Assembly (NCBI GenBank): GCA_024644345.1
Contig: JAHELE010000003.1
Span: forward strand, 1,288-65,287
Direction of reading: 5' to 3'
Origin: Actinomycetes bacterium
GTDB lineage: Bacteria > Actinomycetota > Actinomycetes > JAHEKZ01
DNA: 64,000 bases
The notes under the pieces are model-generated. The model did not search any database. It had not been told where the DNA came from and saw only the letters and a program-made list of their open reading frames with translations. The translations under genes and the position numbers were made by a program. Shown here piece after piece: positions 40,187 through 49,451 of this stretch. The first letter of the stretch is position 1. Each line of letters begins with the position of its first letter.

Positions 40187-40881
40187 CCGCGAGTTCCCGG
40201 GAGGACAGACTGCAACCAGTTGATCAGGCCATTGGGGTTGCGGCTCTGGGTCACGACTCGTCCCGGGCCCTGAAAGTCGAGTACGAGCCCCTCACCAGAC
40301 TTCATGGTGGACATCAGTCCAGACGTCACCTTGCGCGTCTGCAGCGAGATGGTGTCGTCGTAGGCGACCAGGTGCCCGGAGTCGACGGTGAACCCCTGAC
40401 CTTCCTGCAGATCGTGAACATCCATCGCTCCATAGGCTGCCAGGACGATGGGGCCTTCACCGGTGGCATGGAGCACAAAGAGGCCCTCACCCCCGGTAAA
40501 CATCTTGGCCCCTCCCCACTTGGTGTCGATGTCAACACCGGACGCATTCGCCAACCAGGACCCTCGGGTCACGACAAGCGCTCGGCCCGGCACGACGTCG
40601 GTCACCCAGATGTCGCCGGGAAGATTCGCCGCGACATCAACCCAGGTGCTGGACTCTGCATGCCCGGTGAAGGTGGTGACGAACAGCGACTCGCCACCCA
40701 TCACGCCACGCTTGAAGGCGCCCTTGAGCCCTCCCTGCATTTTCGCATCGACTGCCACTCCGAACGAGTGCATCGCCATGGCCCCCGACTCAGCCCGAAC
40801 CTGCTCGCTCGGCTCTAGATGGATGCGGGCAACTGAGAAGCTTGGTTGGTGACGAAGCTCGACCTGCATGTGCTCTCCCAA
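40183..40881 (-). CDS. AIM24/DUF124 (TIGR00266) family protein
   Basis: 232 aa with repeated 'GEGLFVL/GEGLVL' beta-rich segments typical of the AIM24 family. 4-nt overlap with the hydrolase gene. Confidence 0.6.
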   Translation of the reverse strand: MGEHMQVELRHQPSFSVARIHLEPSEQVRAESGAMAMHSFGVAVDAKMQGGLKGAFKRGVMGGESLFVTTFTGHAESSTWVDVAANLPGDIWVTDVVPGRALVVTRGSWLANASGVDIDTKWGGAKMFTGGEGLFVLHATGEGPIVLAAYGAMDVHDLQEGQGFTVDSGHLVAYDDTISLQTRKVTSGLMSTMKSGEGLVLDFQGPGRVVTQSRNPNGLINWLQSVLPGTRG

Positions 40882-42033
40882 TCAGCTGGCCCGTAGGGCC
40901 AGCGTCAACTCTTCCACTGCGAGCAGCGGTGTGACATAGGCGGCGATCTTCTCGCGTGCGTCCAGTATCGCCTCCATCGCCCGCATCGTGATCTCGGGTT
41001 GATAACGGCTCGCGACCTTCTCGATGTTGGCTCGCAGCTCAGCGTTGACCAGCGGCACCTCACCGCCCACCTGAACCACCAGAACATCTCTGTAGAACGA
41101 CAAGAGGTCTTGCAGATCTCGGTCGAGCTCATCGATCGTCGCACGCTTGCGTCTCTTGTCCTGCGTGTCCTTCAGACGCTTGAACTCGGAGCGTGCCCAC
41201 TTCGGCGGTCGGTCAGGGTTCTCCACGCCGAGCCCGCGACCGAGCTCGATGCGCTCGACCTCATCCACGGACTTGGTTCGCTCGGCGCCCCGTTCGGTGG
41301 CGGCGTCCACGAGCTCTCGGGCGGACAGCAGCGCCGAGCCGAGCGACGACACATTGACCGGGAGCGACAGCGTCGCCGCGCGCGTGAGTCGAGCCTGCTC
41401 ATCACGGGCAAGTCCGCGAGCCCGACCGATATGCCCCATTGAGGCACGAGCAGCGAACGCCGCCATCGCCTCGTCGGCGCCGTCACGCTCCACCAGATGG
41501 CGTGCGACGTCAGTGGTCGTGGGCGTTGTGAGCACAACATGGCGACATCGCGAGCGAATGGTGGGCAGCACGTCTTCCATCGAGGGTGCGCAGAGCAGCC
41601 AGACCGTATGAGGTGTCGGCTCTTCCAGCGACTTCAGCAAGGCGTTGTTCGCTGACTCGGTGAGCCGGTCGGCGTCTTCGAGAACGATGACGCGCCAACG
41701 ACCCACCGACGGGGCGGTGGACGCCTCGAGCACCAGGGACCGAGCCCGCTCGACCGAGATCGTCATCGCTTCGGTGGCGACGTGGTCGACGTCAGCATGT
41801 GACCCCAACAGTGCGGTGTGGCAGTCGGGGCAGTGCCGGCACCCACCGTTCGGACACACCAGTGCTGCTGCAAACGCCCGTGCGGCAACAGACCGTCCCG
41901 ACCCCGGTGGGCCCGTGAAGAGCCAGGCGTGCGTCATCGCCGGCCCGGGGGACTCAAGTGCGGCGTCTGAAACTGCCCTGACCAGTTCGGTACGAGCTCT
42001 CTCTTGGCCCACCATCGAGTCGAAGACGCTCAT
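40882..42033 (-). CDS. holB: DNA polymerase III subunit delta'
   Basis: 'HAWLFTGPPGSGRS', zinc module 'CPNGGCRHCPDC', AAA+ clamp-loader fold. Confidence 0.85.
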   Translation of the reverse strand: MSVFDSMVGQERARTELVRAVSDAALESPGPAMTHAWLFTGPPGSGRSVAARAFAAALVCPNGGCRHCPDCHTALLGSHADVDHVATEAMTISVERARSLVLEASTAPSVGRWRVIVLEDADRLTESANNALLKSLEEPTPHTVWLLCAPSMEDVLPTIRSRCRHVVLTTPTTTDVARHLVERDGADEAMAAFAARASMGHIGRARGLARDEQARLTRAATLSLPVNVSSLGSALLSARELVDAATERGAERTKSVDEVERIELGRGLGVENPDRPPKWARSEFKRLKDTQDKRRKRATIDELDRDLQDLLSFYRDVLVVQVGGEVPLVNAELRANIEKVASRYQPEITMRAMEAILDAREKIAAYVTPLLAVEELTLALRAS

Positions 42034-42659
42034 GTCAGCCGCGATTCAACTGCGGCCAGGACCGTAGCCGACACATCATCCACCGGCTCGGTCGCGTCAA
42101 GGACGAGGTAGCGCCTCGGGTTCCCTCGACTCAGCGCCAGGAAGTGCTCACGCACCCGTTGATGGAAGGCGAGCGGTTCGGCCTCGAGCCGGTCGGCAGG
42201 AGAGCTGAACCGCGTGAGGCCAACCGCCGGGTCGACGTCGAGGACGACGGTCAGGTCGGGCAGCAGCCCGCCAGTGGCCCATTCCGAAATCCGCCCGATG
42301 TCGGCGGGGTCGAGCGTGCGGCCAGCGCCCTGGTAGGCAATAGATGAATCGATGTACCTGTCGGTGATGCAGACCGCGCCCCGGTCAAGTGCCGGCTGCA
42401 CGACCGAGGCCACGTGCTCAGCTCGATCTGCGGCGTAGAGCAAGGCTTCGGTTCTCGGGTCGAGATCGCCGGTCTCGTGGCCGAGCAGAATCTCACGAAG
42501 ACGTTTGCCGACCGGGGTGTCACCAGGCTCGTGGGTTGTCACGACCTCACGTCCGCCGGTCTTCAGCGCCTTAGCCAACAGACGAACCTGAGTGCTCTTA
42601 CCCGCACCCTCGCCGCCCTCAAAGGCGACGAAGAAACCAGGGGATGGGTTAGACACCAC
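42030..42659 (-). CDS. tmk: Thymidylate kinase
   Basis: P-loop 'FVAFEGGEGAGKSTQ', DRY-like 'ITDRYIDSSIAYQG'. Confidence 0.9.
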   Translation of the reverse strand: MVSNPSPGFFVAFEGGEGAGKSTQVRLLAKALKTGGREVVTTHEPGDTPVGKRLREILLGHETGDLDPRTEALLYAADRAEHVASVVQPALDRGAVCITDRYIDSSIAYQGAGRTLDPADIGRISEWATGGLLPDLTVVLDVDPAVGLTRFSSPADRLEAEPLAFHQRVREHFLALSRGNPRRYLVLDATEPVDDVSATVLAAVESRLT

Positions 42660-42685
42660 TACAACCTACCGGCCCAGTCGGACAG

Positions 42686-45394
42686 CTAAGACTTCTCGGC
42701 TGCCTTCTTCTTCGCGGTGGCCTTCTTGGCCGCACCCTTCTTGACAGTTCGCTTCGTCGTCCGCGGTGCGGACTTCTTGGCCGCCCGCTTCTTGGTCGAC
42801 GGCCCCTGGGCCCGCTTGTCGGCCAACAGCTCGGCGGCTCGCTCGATCGTGATCGACTCGGGGGTGTCTGTACGCCGCAGGGTCGCATTGGTCTCGCCGT
42901 CCGTGGCATAGGGGCCGAAGCGGCCATCCTTCACCAGCACCGTGAGGCCGGTGACCGGATCGGGCCCGAGATCACGCAGAGGCGGGGCGGCGGCACGGCG
43001 ACCCCGCTGCTTGGGCTGCGCATAGATCGCCAACGCCTCGTCGAGGGTGACGGTGAACATCTTCTCTTCGGAGTCGAGAGACCGGGAGTCGGTGCCCTTC
43101 TTCAAGTAGGGGCCGTAGCGGCCGTTCTGCACCGTGATCTCTTGGTCGTCGGAGGGGTCGACGCCGACCACCCGAGGCAGTGAGAGCAGGCGCACCGCAT
43201 CGTCGAGTGTCACGGTGTCGAGCGTCATCGTCGACAACAACGAACCGGTACGCGGCTTCACGGCGTTCTTACCCGTCTTCGGCACATCGTCCGGGAGGAT
43301 CTCAGTGACGTACGGACCGTACCGGCCCGACTTGGCAACAAGCTGACGTCCCGTCTCGGGGTGCATACCAAGCTCGCGGTCGCCGGACGGTGCGTCGAGC
43401 AGTTCCTTCGCCTTCGCGAGAGTGAGCTCGTCCGGGGTCATGTCGTGCGGCACGTTGGCCCGCTGGAGGTCGTCACCCTCGCCCCGTTGGACGTACGGCC
43501 CGTAGCGACCGACACGCAGCACGATTCCATCGCCGAGCGCCATGGAGTTGACCTCGCGCGCATCGATCTCACCCATGTTGCTCACGAGCGGGTGTAGGCC
43601 GGGGAAACCGCGTCCGGCATCGCCGAAGTAGAACCCTTCAAGGACTCGCTGCCGGGGCGTCTCTCCCGCGGCAACGAGGTCGAGAATCTCCTCCATGCGC
43701 GCGGTGAAGCTGTAGTCGACCAGGTCGGCGAAGTGACGCTCCATCAAGTTGACGACGCTGAAGGCCAAGAACGAGGGAACTAAGGCAGTCCCGCGCTTGA
43801 ACACGTAGCCACGGTCGACGATCGTGCTGATGGTGGCCGCGTAGGTGGACGGACGCCCGATCCCGCGCTCCTCCAGAGCCTTGACCAGGCTCGCCTCGGT
43901 GTAGCGCGCGGGAGGGTTCGTCGAGTGCCCCTCGGCCTCGAGCTCGAGGGCCGTCACTGTGTCGCCCTCACTCAGTGCGGGCAGTCGGCGCTCGTCCTCG
44001 TCGTCTGCGGTCTCGGTGTCGGCGTCCTTGCCCTCTTCGTAGACGGCCAGGAACCCACGATGGGTGATGACAGTGCCCGTCGCCGAGAACTCGGCATCGC
44101 GCCCGTCGGCAGCGGTGCCTCCGAACCGCACGGTCATCGTCGTTCCTCGGGCATCGGACATCTGTGACGCCAGGGTGCGCTTCCAGATGAGCTCGTACAG
44201 CTTCAACTCATCGAGCGACAGCTCACCGCTCAGCTCGCCCGGCGTCCGGAAGGTGTCACCGGCCGGACGAACAGCCTCGTGAGCCTCTTGCGCGTTCTTG
44301 ACCTTCTTGGCCCATGACCGCGGCTTCTCGCTGACGTGGTCGGCCCCGTACAGCTCGGTGACCTGCGCCCGCGCGGCCGCCACAGCGGTGGCGGATAGCG
44401 TTGTCGAGTCGGTGCGCATATAGGTGATGTAGCCGTTCTCGTACAGCCTTTGAGCGACGCGCATCGCCGTCTGCGCCGACATACGCAGCTTCCGACTGGC
44501 CTCCTGTTGCAGGGTCGACGTGATGAACGGCGCAGCAGGCGAACGACGGTACGGCTTCTGTTCAACCGATCGGACGGTAAGAGCTGCTCCGTCGAGCCCG
44601 CTGCAGAGAGAGGTCGCCGCCGCTTCATCGAGCACGACGACACCGTCCGGCTTCTTCAGCTGAGCACGGTCGTCGAAGTCACTGCCTCGCGCAACTCGCT
44701 GGCCATCCACTCCTACAAGGGTCGCTGTGAATCGCGAAGGATCGAAGGTGCCTGCGATGTCCCAGTACGCCGCCGACACGAACGCCATGCGGGCCCGCTC
44801 ACGCTCGACCACGAGTCGGGTGGCCACTGACTGCACGCGCCCCGCCGAAAGACCGGTGGTGACCTTCTTCCACAGAACAGGCGACACCTCGTAGCCGTAG
44901 AGACGGTCGATGATCCGGCGTGCCTCCTGGGCATCCACGAGTCGTTGGTCAAGCTCGCGGGGAGACTCGGCGGCAGCTCGAATCGCATCCTTGGTGATCT
45001 CGTGGAAGACCATGCGATGGACGGGCACGGTCGGTTTGAGCTCCTGCAAGAGGTGCCAGGCGATCGCCTCGCCCTCGCGGTCCTCGTCCGTGGCCAGCAG
45101 CAGCTCGTCCACGTCCTTGAGCATCTTCTTCAGCTCGCTGACCTTCGCCCTCTTGTCGGGGCTGACGAGGTACAGCGGTTCGAACCCGTTCTCGATGTTG
45201 ACACCGAGCCGCGCCCACTTCTCTTTCTTGTACTTGGCAGGGATGTCGGCGGCGCTCTTGGGGAGGTCGCGGATGTGCCCGACACTCGCCTCTACCTCGT
45301 AGCCCTCGCCCAGATACCCCCTGATCGTCTTCGCCTTGGCCGGCGACTCGACGATCACCAGGCGTCGCGTCACGCCCTCGTCGCTCGCCGCCAC
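42686..45394 (-). CDS. topA: DNA topoisomerase I
   Basis: Toprim N-terminus 'LVIVESPAKAKTI', active-site Tyr region, and a Lys-rich C-terminal tail, 902 aa. Confidence 0.95.
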   Translation of the reverse strand: MAASDEGVTRRLVIVESPAKAKTIRGYLGEGYEVEASVGHIRDLPKSAADIPAKYKKEKWARLGVNIENGFEPLYLVSPDKRAKVSELKKMLKDVDELLLATDEDREGEAIAWHLLQELKPTVPVHRMVFHEITKDAIRAAAESPRELDQRLVDAQEARRIIDRLYGYEVSPVLWKKVTTGLSAGRVQSVATRLVVERERARMAFVSAAYWDIAGTFDPSRFTATLVGVDGQRVARGSDFDDRAQLKKPDGVVVLDEAAATSLCSGLDGAALTVRSVEQKPYRRSPAAPFITSTLQQEASRKLRMSAQTAMRVAQRLYENGYITYMRTDSTTLSATAVAAARAQVTELYGADHVSEKPRSWAKKVKNAQEAHEAVRPAGDTFRTPGELSGELSLDELKLYELIWKRTLASQMSDARGTTMTVRFGGTAADGRDAEFSATGTVITHRGFLAVYEEGKDADTETADDEDERRLPALSEGDTVTALELEAEGHSTNPPARYTEASLVKALEERGIGRPSTYAATISTIVDRGYVFKRGTALVPSFLAFSVVNLMERHFADLVDYSFTARMEEILDLVAAGETPRQRVLEGFYFGDAGRGFPGLHPLVSNMGEIDAREVNSMALGDGIVLRVGRYGPYVQRGEGDDLQRANVPHDMTPDELTLAKAKELLDAPSGDRELGMHPETGRQLVAKSGRYGPYVTEILPDDVPKTGKNAVKPRTGSLLSTMTLDTVTLDDAVRLLSLPRVVGVDPSDDQEITVQNGRYGPYLKKGTDSRSLDSEEKMFTVTLDEALAIYAQPKQRGRRAAAPPLRDLGPDPVTGLTVLVKDGRFGPYATDGETNATLRRTDTPESITIERAAELLADKRAQGPSTKKRAAKKSAPRTTKRTVKKGAAKKATAKKKAAEKS

Positions 45395-45475
45395 GTGAAG
45401 ATCTCCCTCATCAGATTGGGTCTGTCAAACCACAGGGACGCTAGCAGCGTGTCACAAGCCGGGCCCGGGGGGCTC

Positions 45476-46999
45476 TCACAGCACGAAGCCTTCCTCGGCC
45501 AGCTGCCGCAGCACCGGGAGGGACGCCGCCAGGGCTTCCTCGGGGGTCACCCCCTGGTTTACAGCAGCCCCCAGCACCGCCTCTGCAGCTGGGCGGACGC
45601 CGTCGAGCGCATCCAGCACGTCCAGCCCAAAGGGGTCGATGGGGCCGGTCCACGCCATTCCTGTGGCTCGCCGGATCAGAGTCACCACCTCGGAGCCGCC
45701 GACCTCACGGTGCTGCTCGACCACGACGTCGGGGCCGACGCGAATTGGCCGCAGGAGGACGCCTGAGGGGTCAGCAGCGAAGACGTCCTGCACCGCGAAC
45801 CAGCGCTCCACGTCGGGAGCCACAGGCTGCACCCACTCCTGTGCCGCGTGCTGAAACCTCTGGAACGGGGCCTCACGCCCTCCTCTCCTTAGCGTGATCA
45901 GCCCGAAGCCGATGCCGAGGACGCGCCGTGAGTCCAAGACCGTCATCCAGGCGTCGTACGCCGCCCGGTAGCCATCGGACGTCTGCTGACCGGCGTCGCG
46001 CAACCAGGTCTCGACGTAGGCGGCGGGGTCTTGGACGTCACGTTGGATGACCCATGCATCCAACCCTCCGTCCGCTACCCACGACCTCGGATGCTGGGCC
46101 CAGTCATCGCCGTCAGCGATCTCCCAGTTCGCGAGCAGCTGGCACCACCCACCCTCGGTGAGATGGTCGGCGACGCCTCGCACGAGAGCGGCGCAGAGGC
46201 CATCGCCGTCGAGCCCGGAATCGCGGTAGTCATGCCGCTGGGACTCCGGTGACCCGATCACGAAGGGCGGATTGCTCACCACCAGGTCGAACTGCTCCCC
46301 GGCCACCGGATCGAGGAGGCTGCCCTGTCGAAGGTCGAGCGTGACTTGGTTCAGCGCGGCATTGAACGCCGCGAGGTCCAGGCAGCGTCTGCTGACGTCG
46401 GTCGCTACGACCTGGCGAGAGTGCCCTGCCAGATGAAGCGCCTGAACGCCGCATCCCGTGCCGATGTCGAGCGCCCGGTCGACGTCCGGCCGCACGGTGC
46501 ACTGGGCGAGCATCGTGGAGGCCCCGCCCACCCCCAGCACGTGCTCGGTGCGGGTCGGGCGTCCGGTACGCCGACTCGACCAGTCTGACGCCACATACCA
46601 GTTGTGATCATCGACGCCGTACGGCGCGAGCTCGACAGACGCTCGGACCACGCCATCGGCCTCGACGACCAGGTCACGAAGCTCGTCAACGGCCACGCCC
46701 AGAGCACCCTCAAGGAGCCGTGCATCCACCCCCTCCCCGAGCATGAAGGCCCGGCTGACCAGCGACAGTGGTGATTCGTCACCTATCAGCGTCCGAGTGG
46801 CCGGCACGACCTCTTCGCGGTCGAGGGCCCCCGCCGCCACCGGTCCCAGAAGAAGCCGCACGCCCTCGACGGTGTAGTCGAGGGCGTGCAGTCGGTCAGC
46901 CAGTCGAGCCGGAAGGTCGCCCCCGGGGAGGCGCACGGCTCTACTCCTCGCCGACCGTGATGCTCCTGCGCTTGCTGATGACGACCGCGGCGACCACAA
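45476..46999 (-). CDS. Class I SAM-dependent methyltransferase (HemK/PrmC-like small-domain MTase with NPPF motif) with long N-terminal domain
   Basis: 'ALDIGTGCGVQALHLA' motif I, 'DLVVSNPPFV' motif IV. The annotated start overlaps the hppA 3' end, so the real start is probably internal. Confidence 0.6.
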   Translation of the reverse strand: MWSPRSSSASAGASRSARSRAVRLPGGDLPARLADRLHALDYTVEGVRLLLGPVAAGALDREEVVPATRTLIGDESPLSLVSRAFMLGEGVDARLLEGALGVAVDELRDLVVEADGVVRASVELAPYGVDDHNWYVASDWSSRRTGRPTRTEHVLGVGGASTMLAQCTVRPDVDRALDIGTGCGVQALHLAGHSRQVVATDVSRRCLDLAAFNAALNQVTLDLRQGSLLDPVAGEQFDLVVSNPPFVIGSPESQRHDYRDSGLDGDGLCAALVRGVADHLTEGGWCQLLANWEIADGDDWAQHPRSWVADGGLDAWVIQRDVQDPAAYVETWLRDAGQQTSDGYRAAYDAWMTVLDSRRVLGIGFGLITLRRGGREAPFQRFQHAAQEWVQPVAPDVERWFAVQDVFAADPSGVLLRPIRVGPDVVVEQHREVGGSEVVTLIRRATGMAWTGPIDPFGLDVLDALDGVRPAAEAVLGAAVNQGVTPEEALAASLPVLRQLAEEGFVL

Positions 47000-49274
47000 C
47001 CGCCGTAGCGGCCAGAGCGATCAGGATCCGCAACGTGGTGTTGGCGTCGTTGCCGATCGAGAGCTGAACAACGGCCGGCGCAATGAGCAGTGCCACCAGG
47101 TTCATCACCTTGATCAGGGGGTTGATCGCCGGACCCGCGGTGTCCTTGAACGGGTCACCGACCGTGTCACCGATCACCGTGGCCTCGTGCGCTTCCGATC
47201 CCTTGCCACCGTATTGGCCGTCCTCGACGAACTTCTTGGCGTTGTCCCAGGCTCCGCCGGAGTTGGCCAGGAAGATCGCCATCAGCACGCCGGTAGCGAT
47301 CGTGCCAGCCAGGAAGGCACCGAGCGCACCGACACCGAGCCCGAAACCGACTGCGATCGGCGTGAGAACAGCAAGCAGCCCTGGCGTCGCCAGTTCACGA
47401 AGGGAGTCACGCGTGACAATGTCGACGACCTTGCCGTACTCGGGACGTTCGCTGTAGTCCATGATCCCGGGGTGCTCGCGGAACTGCCGACGCACCTCGA
47501 AGATCACGGCACCGGCCGCGCGGGAGACCGCGTTGATGGCCAACCCGGAGAAGAGGAACACCACCGCTGCACCGATGAGTAGACCGACAAGGTTGCGCGG
47601 ATTGGAAACGTCAAGGATTCCCGCGTACTGCGACAGGTCGATCTTTGGCAGCCCGTCGAGCGCCCCATTACCGGCATCGACGGTCGCCGTGATGATGCCT
47701 TCGCGGAATGAGCCAAACAGCGCAGTGGCCGCAAGCACCGCGGTGGCGATGGCGATGCCCTTGGTGATGGCCTTGGTCGTGTTACCGACGGCGTCCAGGC
47801 TCGTCAGGATCTTGGCTCCTTCACCATCGACATCGCCCGACATCTCGGCGATGCCCTGGGCGTTGTCAGATACCGGGCCGAAGGTGTCCATAGCCACGAT
47901 CACACCGACCGTGGTGAGCAATCCGGTGCCAGCCAGTGCCACGGCAAAGAGCGCCAAGGTGATGGACCCGCCGCCCAGGAGGAACGCACCATAGACGGCA
48001 GCGCCGATCAGCAGAGCGGAGTACACGGCCGACTCAAGACCCAGCGAGATGCCCGACAGGATCACCGTTGCCGGGCCCGTGAGCGAAGACTTCGCGACAT
48101 CATCGACTGGTCGCCGGTTCGTCTCGGTGAAGTAGCCGGTGAGCTGCTGGATGGCAGCCGCAAGCACGATCCCGATGATGACCGAACCGATCGTGAGCAG
48201 ACGCAAGTTGTACGTGTCGATGTTGACGGCTGCGAACACTGCTTCATCACCTGATAGGACGACTCCCGTCAGGTCGACGGCCCGCGCCGGGATCAGCCAG
48301 AACGACGCACCGATGACGAGGACCACCGAGACCGCGGCGGAAATGAAGAAGCCACGTGTGATCGCCGTCATGCCAGACCGGTCACCGGGGCGCGGGACGA
48401 TCGACAAGATGCCGATGACGGCAGTGATCACACCAATGGCGGGGACGATCAGCGGGAAGACAAGACCGATGTCACCGAAGGCCGCCTTGCCGAGGATGAG
48501 CGCTGCGACCAACGTGACGGCGTACGACTCGAAGAGGTCGGCGGCCATACCTGCACAGTCGCCCACGTTGTCGCCCACGTTGTCAGCGATCGTGGCAGCG
48601 TTGCGGGGGTCGTCCTCGGGAATGCCCTGCTCAACCTTGCCGACCAGGTCGGCGCCGACGTCAGCTGCCTTGGTGAAGATGCCGCCACCAACACGCATGA
48701 ACATGGCGAGCATGGCGGCACCGAAACCGAATCCCTCGAGCACGACCGGGGCGTCGCCCTGGTAGATGAGCACGACGGAGGCGGCCCCGAGCAGGCCTAG
48801 CCCGACGGTGAACATTCCGGCGACACCACCGGTACGGATGGCGATCCTCATGGCCGGCAGCTCGCCGCCCTCTCGAGCCGCGGCGGCAACGCGCACATTT
48901 GCCCGGACCGCGAGCCACATGCCGACGTAGCCCGTGACACCTGAGAAGAGTGCGCCAATGATGAAGAAGATCGACCGGCCGACTTTGAGCGAGGTCGTGT
49001 CTGCAGGAAGGAGGTAGAGGAGGAAGAACACCACCACGGCGAATACCGACAGCGTCCGGAACTGCCGTGTCAGGTAGGCGGAAGCGCCCTCCTGGACCGC
49101 TTGCGCGATCTCCTGCATCCGCTCGGTTCCTTCGGACGCGGCCAGCACCTGACGAACCAGCACGCCCGCGACCACGATCGCGGCGAGAGCAATCAGTGCC
49201 ACGATGGCCACGTAGGTGAGCTGCTGGTTGGTCAGGTCGATCGAAACCTCACCGATGGCGAGCAACGACATCAA
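46941..49274 (-). CDS. hppA: Membrane-bound proton-translocating pyrophosphatase (H+-PPase)
   Basis: 777 aa, about 16 TM segments, 'GDNVGDCAGMAADLFESY' and 'DNAGGAWDNAKK' signatures. Confidence 0.9.
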   Translation of the reverse strand: MMSLLAIGEVSIDLTNQQLTYVAIVALIALAAIVVAGVLVRQVLAASEGTERMQEIAQAVQEGASAYLTRQFRTLSVFAVVVFFLLYLLPADTTSLKVGRSIFFIIGALFSGVTGYVGMWLAVRANVRVAAAAREGGELPAMRIAIRTGGVAGMFTVGLGLLGAASVVLIYQGDAPVVLEGFGFGAAMLAMFMRVGGGIFTKAADVGADLVGKVEQGIPEDDPRNAATIADNVGDNVGDCAGMAADLFESYAVTLVAALILGKAAFGDIGLVFPLIVPAIGVITAVIGILSIVPRPGDRSGMTAITRGFFISAAVSVVLVIGASFWLIPARAVDLTGVVLSGDEAVFAAVNIDTYNLRLLTIGSVIIGIVLAAAIQQLTGYFTETNRRPVDDVAKSSLTGPATVILSGISLGLESAVYSALLIGAAVYGAFLLGGGSITLALFAVALAGTGLLTTVGVIVAMDTFGPVSDNAQGIAEMSGDVDGEGAKILTSLDAVGNTTKAITKGIAIATAVLAATALFGSFREGIITATVDAGNGALDGLPKIDLSQYAGILDVSNPRNLVGLLIGAAVVFLFSGLAINAVSRAAGAVIFEVRRQFREHPGIMDYSERPEYGKVVDIVTRDSLRELATPGLLAVLTPIAVGFGLGVGALGAFLAGTIATGVLMAIFLANSGGAWDNAKKFVEDGQYGGKGSEAHEATVIGDTVGDPFKDTAGPAINPLIKVMNLVALLIAPAVVQLSIGNDANTTLRILIALAATAVVVAAVVISKRRSITVGEE

Positions 49275-49451
49275 TCCTCCTCGAGGGCAGGCTCCGCCGG
49301 GTCATCCGCCGTGCGGGCCGCTGGGGAGTCTATTCAGGCGCTAGGGGTTTCGGTAAGGGAGCCCCGCGATTCAGCGTCTTCGATCGAGGGCCTGAAGGTC
49401 ACAGCTCGGTCACGTCCCCCGGGACGGCCGACTCCTTGCCAGACTGGGCTC

